Part shown: piece by piece, positions 16,833-25,315 of the stretch
Numbering within the stretch: position 1 is the stretch's first letter
Layout: the number at the start of each line of letters is the position of its first letter
Translations under genes and position numbers: made by a program
The notes under the pieces: generated by a model
Database searches by the model: none
Seen by the model: only the letters and a program-made list of their open reading frames with translations
What the model was told of the DNA's origin: nothing
Source: a virus
Lineage: Duplodnaviria; Caudoviricetes
DNA length: 64,000 bases
Virus record (IMG/VR): IMGVR_UViG_3300045938_000125
Span: 4,721-68,720 of that record
Reading direction: 5' to 3' (one strand)

Positions 16833-17855
16833 ATGTACGACCTACTTTCTAGCTCTTGCTGGGCCCTGGAGTCCAAGTTCTACTCTATCGCCAAGGCGGC
16901 CATCTTCGCTCGCATCGAGCAAGGGCTGCCGGCGCTGGATGCCAGCGAGGCGAAACCGCGACAGTATTCGCACATGGCTGAGGGCTACCCCACGATGTGG
17001 GTAACCCAGGCCGGTGAGCTGGCCGGCCTCGACGTGAAGCCGCAGGGCCACGGGCTGAACCTGGCCTCGGGCATTGCCCAGGTGCTGGCCGGCCGCAGTG
17101 GCGGGGCCAGCTCCGCGAATACCAGCGGCTCGAAGGTGGCCGTGATTCCGGTGCAGGGCACCGTGCAGAAGCGGGGCGGCTACTGCTCACTGGGCACCAA
17201 GGACCTGGTGGCGCACATCAACGCCGCCAACCGCGACCCCGAAATCTCGGCCATCGTGCTCGACATCGACTCGCCCGGTGGGCAGGTCGATGGCACCGAG
17301 GAGCTGGCCCAGGCCGTGGCCCTGAGCGGCAAGCCTGTCGTGGCTTACATCGACGGGCTGGGCGCCAGCGCTGCCTATTGGATTGCCTCGCAGGCCAGCT
17401 CCATTTTCATCAATAGCGCCTCGACTGCTTACGCTGGCTCGCTGGGCGTGCTGTGCATGAGCGTTTTCCAGGGCGCGTTCCTGGAAAAGCAGGGCATCAA
17501 GGTGGAAATTCTGCGCTCGACCCGCGCCACCGACAAGGCACGCATGAACCCGGTAGAGGCGCTCAGCGACGACGTGCGCGCCGCCGTGCAGGCCGACCTC
17601 GACCAGATTGGCGAAACATTCATCGAAGCCGTCACCAAGGGCCGCGCCGGCAAGCTGAGCACCAAAGAGGACGTGTTCACGGGCAAAGTCTACAAGGGCT
17701 CGGACGCTAAGAAACACGGCCTGGTTGATGCCATCGGCTCGCTGCAAGACGCTGTTAATCACGCCGCCAAGCTCGCCCAAACGGGCGGCGGTAAATCTGC
17801 TTCATCCTTTACCCAAAACTTTAATTCCGCATGGCAAAGTTCGCCAATATCCTAG
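16833..17855 (+). CDS. S49 (SppA-like) prohead maturation protease
   Basis: IVLDIDSPGG.VDGT, ASAAYWIAS, GSLGV motifs. Confidence 0.92.
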   Translation: MYDLLSSSCWALESKFYSIAKAAIFARIEQGLPALDASEAKPRQYSHMAEGYPTMWVTQAGELAGLDVKPQGHGLNLASGIAQVLAGRSGGASSANTSGSKVAVIPVQGTVQKRGGYCSLGTKDLVAHINAANRDPEISAIVLDIDSPGGQVDGTEELAQAVALSGKPVVAYIDGLGASAAYWIASQASSIFINSASTAYAGSLGVLCMSVFQGAFLEKQGIKVEILRSTRATDKARMNPVEALSDDVRAAVQADLDQIGETFIEAVTKGRAGKLSTKEDVFTGKVYKGSDAKKHGLVDAIGSLQDAVNHAAKLAQTGGGKSASSFTQNFNSAWQSSPIS

Positions 17856-18217
17856 GCTTCTTAGGCTTAGGCTCTGACAAAGAGGCCGTCACCGAGGCCC
17901 ACCTGCAAGCCGCTGACGATAAAATCGCGCAGCTGGAGCTGGACAAAAAAGCCGCCGACGACAAAGCCACGCAGGCTGCCGCCGCCCTCAAAACCGCCCA
18001 GGACGAGAAAGCCAAAGTCGATGGAGATTTGAAAACCGCTTCCGACAAGGTGGCCACTCTCGAAGAGTGGAAGAAAAACCAGAAAGCCGTTGACGGCCGC
18101 GAGGAAGACGACAGCAACGACCTCGACGACGAGCCCACCGAAGCGCTCGCCTCGTGGGAGAAAGCCTCGGCCTCGGCAATTGCCAGCGCCAAGAAGCGCC
18201 TGGGCGACGCGAAGTAG
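17831..18217 (+). CDS. Putative head scaffolding protein
   Basis: Coiled-coil, charged; between protease and capsid. Confidence 0.6.
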   Translation: MAKFANILGFLGLGSDKEAVTEAHLQAADDKIAQLELDKKAADDKATQAAAALKTAQDEKAKVDGDLKTASDKVATLEEWKKNQKAVDGREEDDSNDLDDEPTEALASWEKASASAIASAKKRLGDAK

Positions 18218-18276
18218 GTCGCGCCACTACCCATTCATTTTCCACCATTCAGCTAACGCTTTCCAGGATAACTACC

Positions 18277-19272
18277 ATGGCAGCAATTGATTTCTCGGGC
18301 CTCGGCCCCAAGATTGCCAGCTACACGCTGCGCGAAGCCGAGCAACTGCTCACCACCATCCTCATCACCGACCAGTCGTTCCTGAACTTCATGGAACTGT
18401 ACCCCGACGTGACGGATGAGCTGGCCCTGACCCAGATGTTCGTCTCGTCGGTGCTCCAGCCCGGCGCGAAGGATACCTTCAACCCGAAGGGCACTGTAGG
18501 CTTCAAAAACCGCATCGGTAAGGTGCGGGCCTGCAAAATCGACTACACCCTCACGCCTACCGTCATCAACGCGATGTGGAAGGGCTACCTGGGCCGCATT
18601 GCTAAGAGCAAGCGGGGCGACATCTACGATGTGCCGTTCCAGCAGTATATCATCGACAAGCTGGCCGAGCGTGCAAAGGAGGAGATGCACCTCGATGCCG
18701 TGTTCAAGGGCGTGTACAACGCCAATAAAACGCAGGCAAACCGCGTGTTCGACGGCTTGCTGCCGCTGCTCTCGAAGGCCGGCGTACTGGCCGCTAAGCA
18801 GATTTACTCGGGTGCGCCCATCACCCAGAACAACGCCATCGACCAACTTGAAGGCATTGCCGACAAAGTGCCCTCGCACCTCATCAACAAGGATTTGGTG
18901 ATGCTGGTAGAGCCCGAAGTGGCTAAGTTCTACAACCGCGACTACCGTGCCAGCTACGGCACGAAGCAGGACTACCAGGGCTTCACGCACACTACGCTCG
19001 ATGGTACCAACATCACGATTGTGCCCGAGCCAGGCCTGGCCGACACGGGCGGCATTATCACCACCCTGCGCAACAACCTGGTGTGGATGACCGGCCCGCT
19101 GGGTGGCGGCCCCAACTCGTTCATCATCGAGAAGAACCGCCGCAACGTGGACATCATGGCTGACTTCGAGGCCGCGCCTGACTTGGCTATTGCCGAGTAC
19201 GTGTGGGTGAACGAAGCTGCCGTCGCGGCCGGCGCGGCCCTCATCGCGGCTGAAGCCGCTGAGCCGGTCTAG
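18277..19272 (+). CDS. Major capsid protein
   Basis: ~331 aa after protease/scaffold; strong codon bias; Bacteroidota-phage MCP-like motifs (VFDGLL, NNAIDQL, NLVWMT). Confidence 0.8.
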   Translation: MAAIDFSGLGPKIASYTLREAEQLLTTILITDQSFLNFMELYPDVTDELALTQMFVSSVLQPGAKDTFNPKGTVGFKNRIGKVRACKIDYTLTPTVINAMWKGYLGRIAKSKRGDIYDVPFQQYIIDKLAERAKEEMHLDAVFKGVYNANKTQANRVFDGLLPLLSKAGVLAAKQIYSGAPITQNNAIDQLEGIADKVPSHLINKDLVMLVEPEVAKFYNRDYRASYGTKQDYQGFTHTTLDGTNITIVPEPGLADTGGIITTLRNNLVWMTGPLGGGPNSFIIEKNRRNVDIMADFEAAPDLAIAEYVWVNEAAVAAGAALIAAEAAEPV

Positions 19273-19274
19273 CC

Positions 19275-19314
19275 CGCTAGGCCCCGGTCGCCACGTGGCG
19301 ACCGGGGCCTAGCG
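19275..19314. repeat. Perfect 40-bp palindrome after capsid gene
   Basis: CGCTAGGCCCCGGTCGCCAC|GTGGCGACCGGGGCCTAGCG; no U-tract. Confidence 0.9.
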
Positions 19315-19375
19315 TCAACTCACCCGGTCAGTATCTCACAAGCTTAAGTAGTTCAAGTCGTTCATTTCAAATTAT

Positions 19376-19888
19376 ATGTGCACAGTAATTCCCCTCGCGG
19401 CCATTGAGGCCGACGATTGCCCGAACCCGGGCGGCCTGACGGATATCCACGTTATCCGTCGGCGCGACATTGATGAGTTTCCTGCCGTAGGTGCGGATAA
19501 GGTGACCATCAGCACGCCCATCGTGCCCAAGACGGGCGCCAAGTTCGTGCCCTGGGCGTTTGCCCAGAACACGGGTGAAATCAACCACAACAGCACGGGC
19601 GATGCGGGTAACCAGAGCATCAACCACAACCTGAACGTGTACGTGCCCCGTGGCTCGGCCGTGATTGATGCCGTGATTCAGTCGGCCCTCAATGGCGACT
19701 TCGTGGTAGCCGGCCGCGACAGCAACGGCAATATGCGCCTCATCGGCGATGAGTTCCGGGGTGTGAAGTTCGAGCACGACTACAAGTCGGGCAAGGCAGG
19801 TACCGATAAAAACGGTACTGACTTCAAATTCAGCGGCGAGGGCTTCGGCCACGTGCCCTACTACTACACGGCTGCCCTGCCGGTATAG
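19376..19888 (+). CDS. Major tail tube protein (putative)
   Basis: DDCPNPGG, FVVAGRDSNGNMRLIG, GKAGTDKNG.DFKFSG; size 170 aa; strong codon bias. Confidence 0.65.
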   Translation: MCTVIPLAAIEADDCPNPGGLTDIHVIRRRDIDEFPAVGADKVTISTPIVPKTGAKFVPWAFAQNTGEINHNSTGDAGNQSINHNLNVYVPRGSAVIDAVIQSALNGDFVVAGRDSNGNMRLIGDEFRGVKFEHDYKSGKAGTDKNGTDFKFSGEGFGHVPYYYTAALPV

Positions 19889-19929
19889 TAGCGCCAAGTG
19901 CCATTTCTCACGTTTTATAAGCCAAAGTC

Positions 19930-20145
19930 ATGAAACTGACCAAGTTTAAGCTGGTAAACCACGAAGGCCTTACGGGCCTCAACTACAAGGGCCGCACGAT
20001 TCCCTTCGATAAACTCGACGATGCCAAAGCCGAGGAGCTTTTCGGCAAAACCCACGTGCTCGAGCGCATCGGGGAGGCCCCCGTCACCACGCCGGTAGTC
20101 CTGGCGGTGGCGGAGGCCACTGGCGATAAAAAAAAAGCCGAGTAA
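19930..20145 (+). CDS. Small structural/hypothetical protein
   Basis: Late operon ORF before a terminator. Confidence 0.65.
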   Translation: MKLTKFKLVNHEGLTGLNYKGRTIPFDKLDDAKAEELFGKTHVLERIGEAPVTTPVVLAVAEATGDKKKAE

Positions 20146-20176
20146 AAGCTAAGGGCTAACCGCCGGCAGCAACCCT

Positions 20177-20210
20177 AAAAGCCCCGCCTCTAACCAGGCG
20201 GGGCTTTTTT
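20177..20210 (+). terminator. Intrinsic terminator (possibly bidirectional)
   Basis: AAAAGCCCCGCCT-CTAACC-AGGCGGGGCTTTTTT. Confidence 0.9.
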
Positions 20211-20215
20211 GTGGC

Positions 20216-20223
20216 TACCTTTG
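20216..20223 (+). promoter_or_regulatory. Bacteroidota -7 promoter box
   Basis: TACCTTTG; no matching -33 TTTG seen; predicted start ~20228. Confidence 0.5.
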
Positions 20224-20227
20224 CCCC

Positions 20228-20351
20228 GCGAATTACCTGTTACCCTTCTTGCCAAAACGCCCCCTGGCCGTGCCCTTTGGAATCGGCCGGGGGAGCGTGC
20301 GGGTGTAAGTCCCGTAGTTTCTGGGGCGTTTTGGCGTACCAGGTAATTCGC
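20228..20351 (+). ncRNA. Candidate structured RNA (leader or sRNA), family not recognised
   Basis: 12-bp stem 20228-39/20340-51, 13-bp stem 20251-63/20323-35, two inner hairpins incl. T-loop-like GGG-TGTAAGT-CCC; G-U pairs favour + strand. Confidence 0.6.
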
Positions 20352-20388
20352 AGCGATTCCTCCGGCTTTCCCTTGCCGCACGCTGCTC

Positions 20389-20673
20389 ATGGCCCTCGAC
20401 CACTTACGACTTTCGCCGCTACCTGACGTAGCGGCTTTTTTGGTGCAGCGCGCCCAAAGCAACGACGAGCTGCAAGCGGCGCTCGATGACGGGCTCGACG
20501 ACTACACCCAGGGCGCGGAAGTGGTGCTCACGGCCCTACGTGCCCTGCTCGATGAGTGGCTGGACGAAGGCCGCCAGCAGTCCTACGAGGTAAATCGGGA
20601 TGCAGAACCCTTTAAGTGGCTGGCATTAAGCGACCACTTGGAGATAGTGCAGCACTTCCGCGACCTGCTCTAA
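20389..20673 (+). CDS. Small acidic hypothetical protein
   Basis: 94 aa, about 19 D/E vs 7 K/R by hand count. Confidence 0.65.
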   Translation: MALDHLRLSPLPDVAAFLVQRAQSNDELQAALDDGLDDYTQGAEVVLTALRALLDEWLDEGRQQSYEVNRDAEPFKWLALSDHLEIVQHFRDLL

Positions 20674-20676
20674 ATC

Positions 20677-20712
20677 CGTCCTACTAGCCGGTTGCCCATT
20701 CCGATAGCTTTG
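20677..20712 (+). promoter_or_regulatory. Prophage A late-type promoter copy 5
   Basis: CGTCCTAC-N20-TAGCTTTG; hairpin TTGATTTCA/TGAAATCAA 20710-20734; ATG 20747. Confidence 0.65.
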
Positions 20713-20746
20713 ATTTCAATAATCCTGAAATCAACGCTTTCCGAGA

Positions 20747-21517
20747 ATGGAACATCAACTAGAAGAGGTATTTACCTGGCTCGAAGCCGGCGAGGCGGCC
20801 GACTACCAGGCCGGCGTACTGCTGCTGCAAAAGCACAGTCGGAACCGGGGCCTGGTGGGCCAGCTACTCAAAAAGGAATCGGTAGCTAACCGAGAAAAGC
20901 TTGTTTACGAGCTTGTTAAAACAGGTTGCGGCGGCCGCCTCGAAGATGTGAGCGAGGTTCTTAACCACTTCACCCAGGCCGTGCAGGGCGCGGTACCGCA
21001 GCCGGCTGCCCAGGTAGTGATGGCCCCTGACCCCCAGCCCGAGCAGCCCGACCCTGCGCACGTGCCCGACGAGCTGCGGCCGCAGGTGGACGACCTCACG
21101 CAGCTCATGAGCAAGGTGCACACCCAGCGCGTGCAGCTGAGCAACAGCCTCTACGACCTGAGCGAAGCCGAGGCTCCCGCCGTAGTGGCCCAAATCCTGG
21201 CCTTGCAGGCGCAGTACAATGCCCTGGCTCAGAAGCGCAGCAATGTGCTGGCCGGCGAGCCCACGGCCCCCGAGCAGCCCGCCGCCCCGGCTGAGCAACC
21301 CGCTCCGGACGCTGCTGCACCTGGCACCACCGAAGCCGCGGCGCCTGGCATCGACCGGGCCGAGCTGATGAAGAAGCGCAATGGCCTGCGCTCTAATCTT
21401 TCGAAAGCTCGCAAGAAGGCCGAGGAGTCGAAAACGGAAGAGAAGCGGAGCGAATACGCGCAGAAGGCCGGCAAGCTGGAGGTAGAACTGCAACAGATTG
21501 AATTGCAGCTGAAATAA
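20747..21517 (+). CDS. Hypothetical coiled-coil phage protein
   Basis: WL....DYQAGVLLL N-terminus, PEQP repeats, coiled-coil C-terminus. Confidence 0.7.
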   Translation: MEHQLEEVFTWLEAGEAADYQAGVLLLQKHSRNRGLVGQLLKKESVANREKLVYELVKTGCGGRLEDVSEVLNHFTQAVQGAVPQPAAQVVMAPDPQPEQPDPAHVPDELRPQVDDLTQLMSKVHTQRVQLSNSLYDLSEAEAPAVVAQILALQAQYNALAQKRSNVLAGEPTAPEQPAAPAEQPAPDAAAPGTTEAAAPGIDRAELMKKRNGLRSNLSKARKKAEESKTEEKRSEYAQKAGKLEVELQQIELQLK

Positions 21518-21696
21518 TGAGCAAGCTCCTACTCCTCGTGTTCCTGCTGAGCCTGGCGCTCGGCAGCTGCTCACCCACCCGCCACACCGCCAGCGCCCCC
21601 CGGCCCTGGGTTCGCTACTACCACCGCAAGCAGCGCAAGCAGGAGCGTGCGCGTCGCCGGCAAGTTAAAACCAACGTCACGTGGAGCAAACTATAA
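21517..21696 (+). CDS. Small cationic lipoprotein (59 aa)
   Basis: MSKLLLLVFLLSLALGS-C lipobox; TAATG coupling; missed by the ORF track. Confidence 0.65.
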   Translation: MSKLLLLVFLLSLALGSCSPTRHTASAPRPWVRYYHRKQRKQERARRRQVKTNVTWSKL

Positions 21697-22307
21697 ACTG
21701 GCGGCCCGAGACGCGCCGCCTCGACCAGCTCACGCCGCTCGAAAACAACCCGTTCGGCAAGATTACCCAGGAGAAGCGCCGCCGCCTCGAAGGCAAGCTG
21801 CGCGAGCTGGGCGTGTTTGAGGCGGCTACCCTCGACACGGCCGACGTACTGCTGACCTTCAACAAGCGCCACAACCTGCTGCTGGGCATGTATGGCGGGG
21901 CCTACGTGGTAAACGTGCTCGTGCCCGACCGCGAGCTATCAGCGGACGAGCGCAAGAAAATCGTGCTGACCTCCAACGTCAACGAGGGTGATTGGATTGA
22001 TGAGATTCTGCGCAGTGACTACGCCGACGTGCTCGACGAGGTGGGCCTGATGCTGGCCGCGATGGATGAGCAGGTGAGCGATGCCGGCGCTGCAGGAAAG
22101 GAAGCGGCACCCGAATATCCCATCGTAGCCGAGTTCAGCGAGAAGTATAGCTCTTACATCATTGTGTGCCGCAATGAGATAGACGAAAACAACGTGCGCG
22201 AGCTGTTGGGCGTGGAGAAGCGCCAGAGCTACAAATCGCAGGAAGTGGGCCTTACCCACGTCATTGACGCCAAAGACTTTGCCGCCCGATGCACGTTGAA
22301 ATCGTAA
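21681..22307 (+). CDS. ParB-like N-terminal domain protein
   Basis: L.PLENNP...LGVF...VLVPDRELS.DE.KK.V..SN.NEGDW pattern; GHxR-type motif replaced by FNKR. Confidence 0.65.
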   Translation: MEQTINWRPETRRLDQLTPLENNPFGKITQEKRRRLEGKLRELGVFEAATLDTADVLLTFNKRHNLLLGMYGGAYVVNVLVPDRELSADERKKIVLTSNVNEGDWIDEILRSDYADVLDEVGLMLAAMDEQVSDAGAAGKEAAPEYPIVAEFSEKYSSYIIVCRNEIDENNVRELLGVEKRQSYKSQEVGLTHVIDAKDFAARCTLKS

Positions 22308-23029
22308 TCCCCAGCCACAAGCGGGCCGGGCGTATTCCGACGCTCGACCTGCTGCCCTCGGCCGTGGTGTGCATCCCGACGAGCCAGGCGCCCGAATACC
22401 GGGCCGCGCACCCGGGCGCGCAGCTGGTGCTGCACCCCGATGACGTGCTCGGCTTGCAGGCCAAGCGCAACTGGATGTACAAGCATTTCGGCAACCTGCT
22501 CATGGTCGATGACGACCTGACGGACTTCCGCCGGCTGTACCTGCCTGCCGGCGAGCCGGTGGGCATTAAGGACGAGGCCCGCATCCTGGCCATCGTGAAC
22601 GAAACCGCCTACGCGGCCAAGCAGGCCGGGGCGTATCTGTTCGGGTTCAACTCGAACCAGAACCCCACGATGTACAAGGCGCTGAACCCGATACAGCTTA
22701 CGGGCTGGATTAACGGCTGCGCCCAGGGCATCCTGGCTGGCTCGAAGCTCTGGTGGAGCACCGATATCAAGTGCAACTGTGACTACTGGATATCGGCGCT
22801 CAACGCTTACCACCACCGCATTATCTGGCGCGATAACCGCTTTTGCTTCACTCAGAAAGACACCTTCACGGGTGCGGGGGGCCAGGCCGAGTTCCGCAAC
22901 ATGGAAGCCGAGGCGGCCGACTTCGCGCTACTGAAGCGCTGCTTTGGCGAGGCTATTCAGGAGAAGAAGGACAGCAAGCTAGCCAAGCGCAAACATCAAT
23001 TTCAGAAGACTTTAAAAATACCCTTTTAA
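22289..23029 (+). CDS. GREB1-related / TET-associated glycosyltransferase (TAGT)-like protein
   Basis: IVIPSHKRAG, KRNW, LLMVDDDL (DxD), EDY-like CDYW.S, TFTGAGGQ motifs. Confidence 0.75.
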   Translation: MHVEIVIPSHKRAGRIPTLDLLPSAVVCIPTSQAPEYRAAHPGAQLVLHPDDVLGLQAKRNWMYKHFGNLLMVDDDLTDFRRLYLPAGEPVGIKDEARILAIVNETAYAAKQAGAYLFGFNSNQNPTMYKALNPIQLTGWINGCAQGILAGSKLWWSTDIKCNCDYWISALNAYHHRIIWRDNRFCFTQKDTFTGAGGQAEFRNMEAEAADFALLKRCFGEAIQEKKDSKLAKRKHQFQKTLKIPF

Positions 23030-23031
23030 TT

Positions 23032-23361
23032 ATGTTACAGCGACTTTGCTTCTATTTTGTTATGGCTTTTATGGTTGCCTTCGTGGTAGACTGCTCAGGG
23101 GGTAAGTCCCTGGTGCGCGAAGGCCAGGTAATCGACCAGGTGTACATACCTGCGCACACGTCTTGGACTACCGATAGCAAAGGGCATCTCAAGTCAGTAT
23201 ACACGGCTGACGATTACACCGTCGTCGTGCGCACGGATGCCGGCATTGTCAAGGTCGATACCGATGCCAACGGCTACTACTCGGTGAAGCCGGGCAAGCA
23301 CGTGAGCTACCGCGTGCGGCACGGCTGGCTCTCTAATCACGATTGGTTTCCTAGCCTCTAA
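23032..23361 (+). CDS. Small membrane/secreted protein
   Basis: N-terminal hydrophobic segment followed by Cys. Confidence 0.6.
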   Translation: MLQRLCFYFVMAFMVAFVVDCSGGKSLVREGQVIDQVYIPAHTSWTTDSKGHLKSVYTADDYTVVVRTDAGIVKVDTDANGYYSVKPGKHVSYRVRHGWLSNHDWFPSL

Positions 23362-23366
23362 GAGCC

Positions 23367-23636
23367 ATGAAAATCGCAATCGTAGGTGCTGGTCACATGG
23401 GAATGGCTTTGGCGTTGCTTTGCGTTTCCAAGGCGAAAGCCATTGGTATCGAGGCTGAGGCGAGGGAAGCCACGCCAGCTGAGGAGAAGTACTGCAAGCC
23501 GATAAAGCCAGTGGTTATTGAGCCACTGGTTTGTCCTGAAACAGTCACTGCCTTCGAGCAACCTCGATTCAATGGCTATATGGGCCACCGTCCCAAGCCA
23601 GCGTATCAATTGCCTAAGGTTAAAAAGTGGAAATAA
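23367..23636 (+). CDS. Hypothetical protein with Rossmann-like N-terminal motif
   Basis: MKIAIVGAGHMG then unrelated sequence; 89 aa. Confidence 0.5.
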   Translation: MKIAIVGAGHMGMALALLCVSKAKAIGIEAEAREATPAEEKYCKPIKPVVIEPLVCPETVTAFEQPRFNGYMGHRPKPAYQLPKVKKWK

Positions 23637-23637
23637 G

Positions 23638-23671
23638 AAAAGCCCCCGATGACTGCCATCGGGGGCTTTTT
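23638..23671 (+). terminator. Intrinsic terminator
   Basis: AAAAGCCCCCGATG-ACTGC-CATCGGGGGCTTTTT. Confidence 0.9.
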
Positions 23672-23727
23672 CATGCCCTTTTGGCTGTGGATAAATAATT
23701 GAAAAATAATGAGTTAAAAGGATTTTG

Positions 23728-23789
23728 AAATTAGTGTATCTCGCTGTGTATGAAGACCTTTACAATATCAAATCACCCACACAACTCAC
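23728..23789 (+). promoter_or_regulatory. Repeated cassette promoter/leader, copy 1
   Basis: 35-bp + 24-bp identity with 26107-26168. Confidence 0.7.
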
Positions 23790-23794
23790 ACACA

Positions 23795-24646
23795 ATGAGC
23801 ACCCTAGTTCAAAATTTCCCCAAGCGCAAAGCCCGTCGTATCGCCAACTTCGTGCCCCCCGCTGAGACTCCCCAGGTAGTAGCCGCGCCCGCCCCCGTCG
23901 TAGTGCCGGTAGAGCTACCAGCCCCGCCCGCGCCCGTGGTGCCCTGCCCGGCCCCGAAGGCCCCCAGTGGTGCCCTGCTCGACATCCTGGCCTGCCCCGT
24001 GCCGGCGAGCACCCGCACCTACGCCCCGGTTAGCCACATCGCGCTTATTGACGCGGTGAAGGAAGAACTCGACAAGCGCGGCCTCATCCTGAAGGACGAG
24101 CGCTACCAGCACAATCGTAGCGGTCAGCAAATGTTCGGGCACATGGCCATCGGTGGTGGCAACGGCGAGCAGGACCTGGCCCTGGGCTTCCGCAACAGCT
24201 ACGACAAGAGCTTGCTGCTGGGCGCGGCGGCCGGCGCGCGCGTCATCGTTTGCTCGAATCTGATGTTTGCCGGCGACTTCAAGGTGCAGGCGATGCACAC
24301 ACCCAGCGGCCTGGCGGCCGGCCTCCAGAGCCTGGTGCGCGGGGTGGTCGATAACCTCGAAGCGCAGTTCAAGCGCATTCAGGTTGATACCGAGAAGCTT
24401 AAGCAGGTGGAAGTAAACCCGCGCCTGATTCACGAAATCCTGGGCGAACTATTCTACTCCGAATCGGTGGTAAACGAGGCGCAGCTGCGCATCATTCGCG
24501 GCGAGCTGCGCGAGCAAACCAACTTCGGAGCCGGCACGCTGTGGGACATCTACAACCACACCACCGAGGCGCTGAAGACCACGCCCAGCGGCCTGGTTAT
24601 CGGCCGGCACATTGAGGCGCACCAGTTCTACCTACAGCGCGCTTAA
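23795..24646 (+). CDS. DUF932 (DUF945 / TIGR03299-like) protein
   Basis: TYAPVSH..LID, LALGFRNSYDKS, GARVIVCSNLMF, TLWDIYNH.T motifs. Confidence 0.8.
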   Translation: MSTLVQNFPKRKARRIANFVPPAETPQVVAAPAPVVVPVELPAPPAPVVPCPAPKAPSGALLDILACPVPASTRTYAPVSHIALIDAVKEELDKRGLILKDERYQHNRSGQQMFGHMAIGGGNGEQDLALGFRNSYDKSLLLGAAAGARVIVCSNLMFAGDFKVQAMHTPSGLAAGLQSLVRGVVDNLEAQFKRIQVDTEKLKQVEVNPRLIHEILGELFYSESVVNEAQLRIIRGELREQTNFGAGTLWDIYNHTTEALKTTPSGLVIGRHIEAHQFYLQRA

Positions 24647-24724
24647 CTCCTAACTATTAACTGTGTACCTGTGCCTCCGGCTGCCTGCCGGTCGGAGGCC
24701 TGGCTACGCCTTTGCCTTAACCCA

Positions 24725-25315
24725 ATGAGTAAGTACGATTTAAGAACCGCCAAGGGCCACGATTTCTTTGAAGTGTCGAGCGCCTTTCAAAAGTGTATCC
24801 GTCGGGGCCTCGAAGAAGACGCGATGTATTGGGCCGTGGAGCTGTTCAACTCCAACTACGGCGAGTATATCTGGAAGCGCCTGCGCATCATGGCCAGCGA
24901 GGACGTGGGCCTGGCCAGCCCCGGCATCGTGAGCGAGGTGCACGCGCTCTATCAAAACTATAAGCTCCAGGCTGCCAAGAAGGAAGATAAGAACCAGCCG
25001 GAGCGATTGTTCCTGACGCACGCCGTGCTGCTGCTTTGCCGCGCCCCCAAGTCGCGCCTCGTGGATTGGGTGCTGATTGCCCAGTGGCGCCTGCACGACC
25101 ACGTGCACCTGCCAATCCCAGACTTTGCTTACGATAAACACAATGAAGCGGGGCGGCGGGCTGGGCGGGGTTGGAAGCACTTTTTCGAGGAGGGCAGCCA
25201 CCTCGAAAACATGGCCGACGTGCCCGGTGAGGCCGATGCCCGGTGCAAGGCGATGCAGGCAATTTCCAGCCCGGAGCCGGGGCTATTCGACCTCGAAGGC
25301 AATGCCAAAGGGTGA
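24725..25315 (+). CDS. Stand-alone RarA/MgsA C-terminal-like domain (no P-loop ATPase)
   Basis: SAFQKCIRRG..DAMYWA.EL...Y.WKRLRIMASEDVGLA.P matches the post-ATPase part of RarA/MgsA; no Walker A in the 196 aa. Confidence 0.75.
   Translation: MSKYDLRTAKGHDFFEVSSAFQKCIRRGLEEDAMYWAVELFNSNYGEYIWKRLRIMASEDVGLASPGIVSEVHALYQNYKLQAAKKEDKNQPERLFLTHAVLLLCRAPKSRLVDWVLIAQWRLHDHVHLPIPDFAYDKHNEAGRRAGRGWKHFFEEGSHLENMADVPGEADARCKAMQAISSPEPGLFDLEGNAKG

Noticed and set aside
23367-23636. NAD-dependent dehydrogenase
   Set aside because: 89 aa is too short, and similarity ends after the first beta-alpha unit
24725-25315. Full AAA+ ATPase or a frameshifted rarA pseudogene
   Set aside because: No Walker A/B in frame or in adjacent frames; the upstream gene is an intact DUF932 and the ORF has its own start
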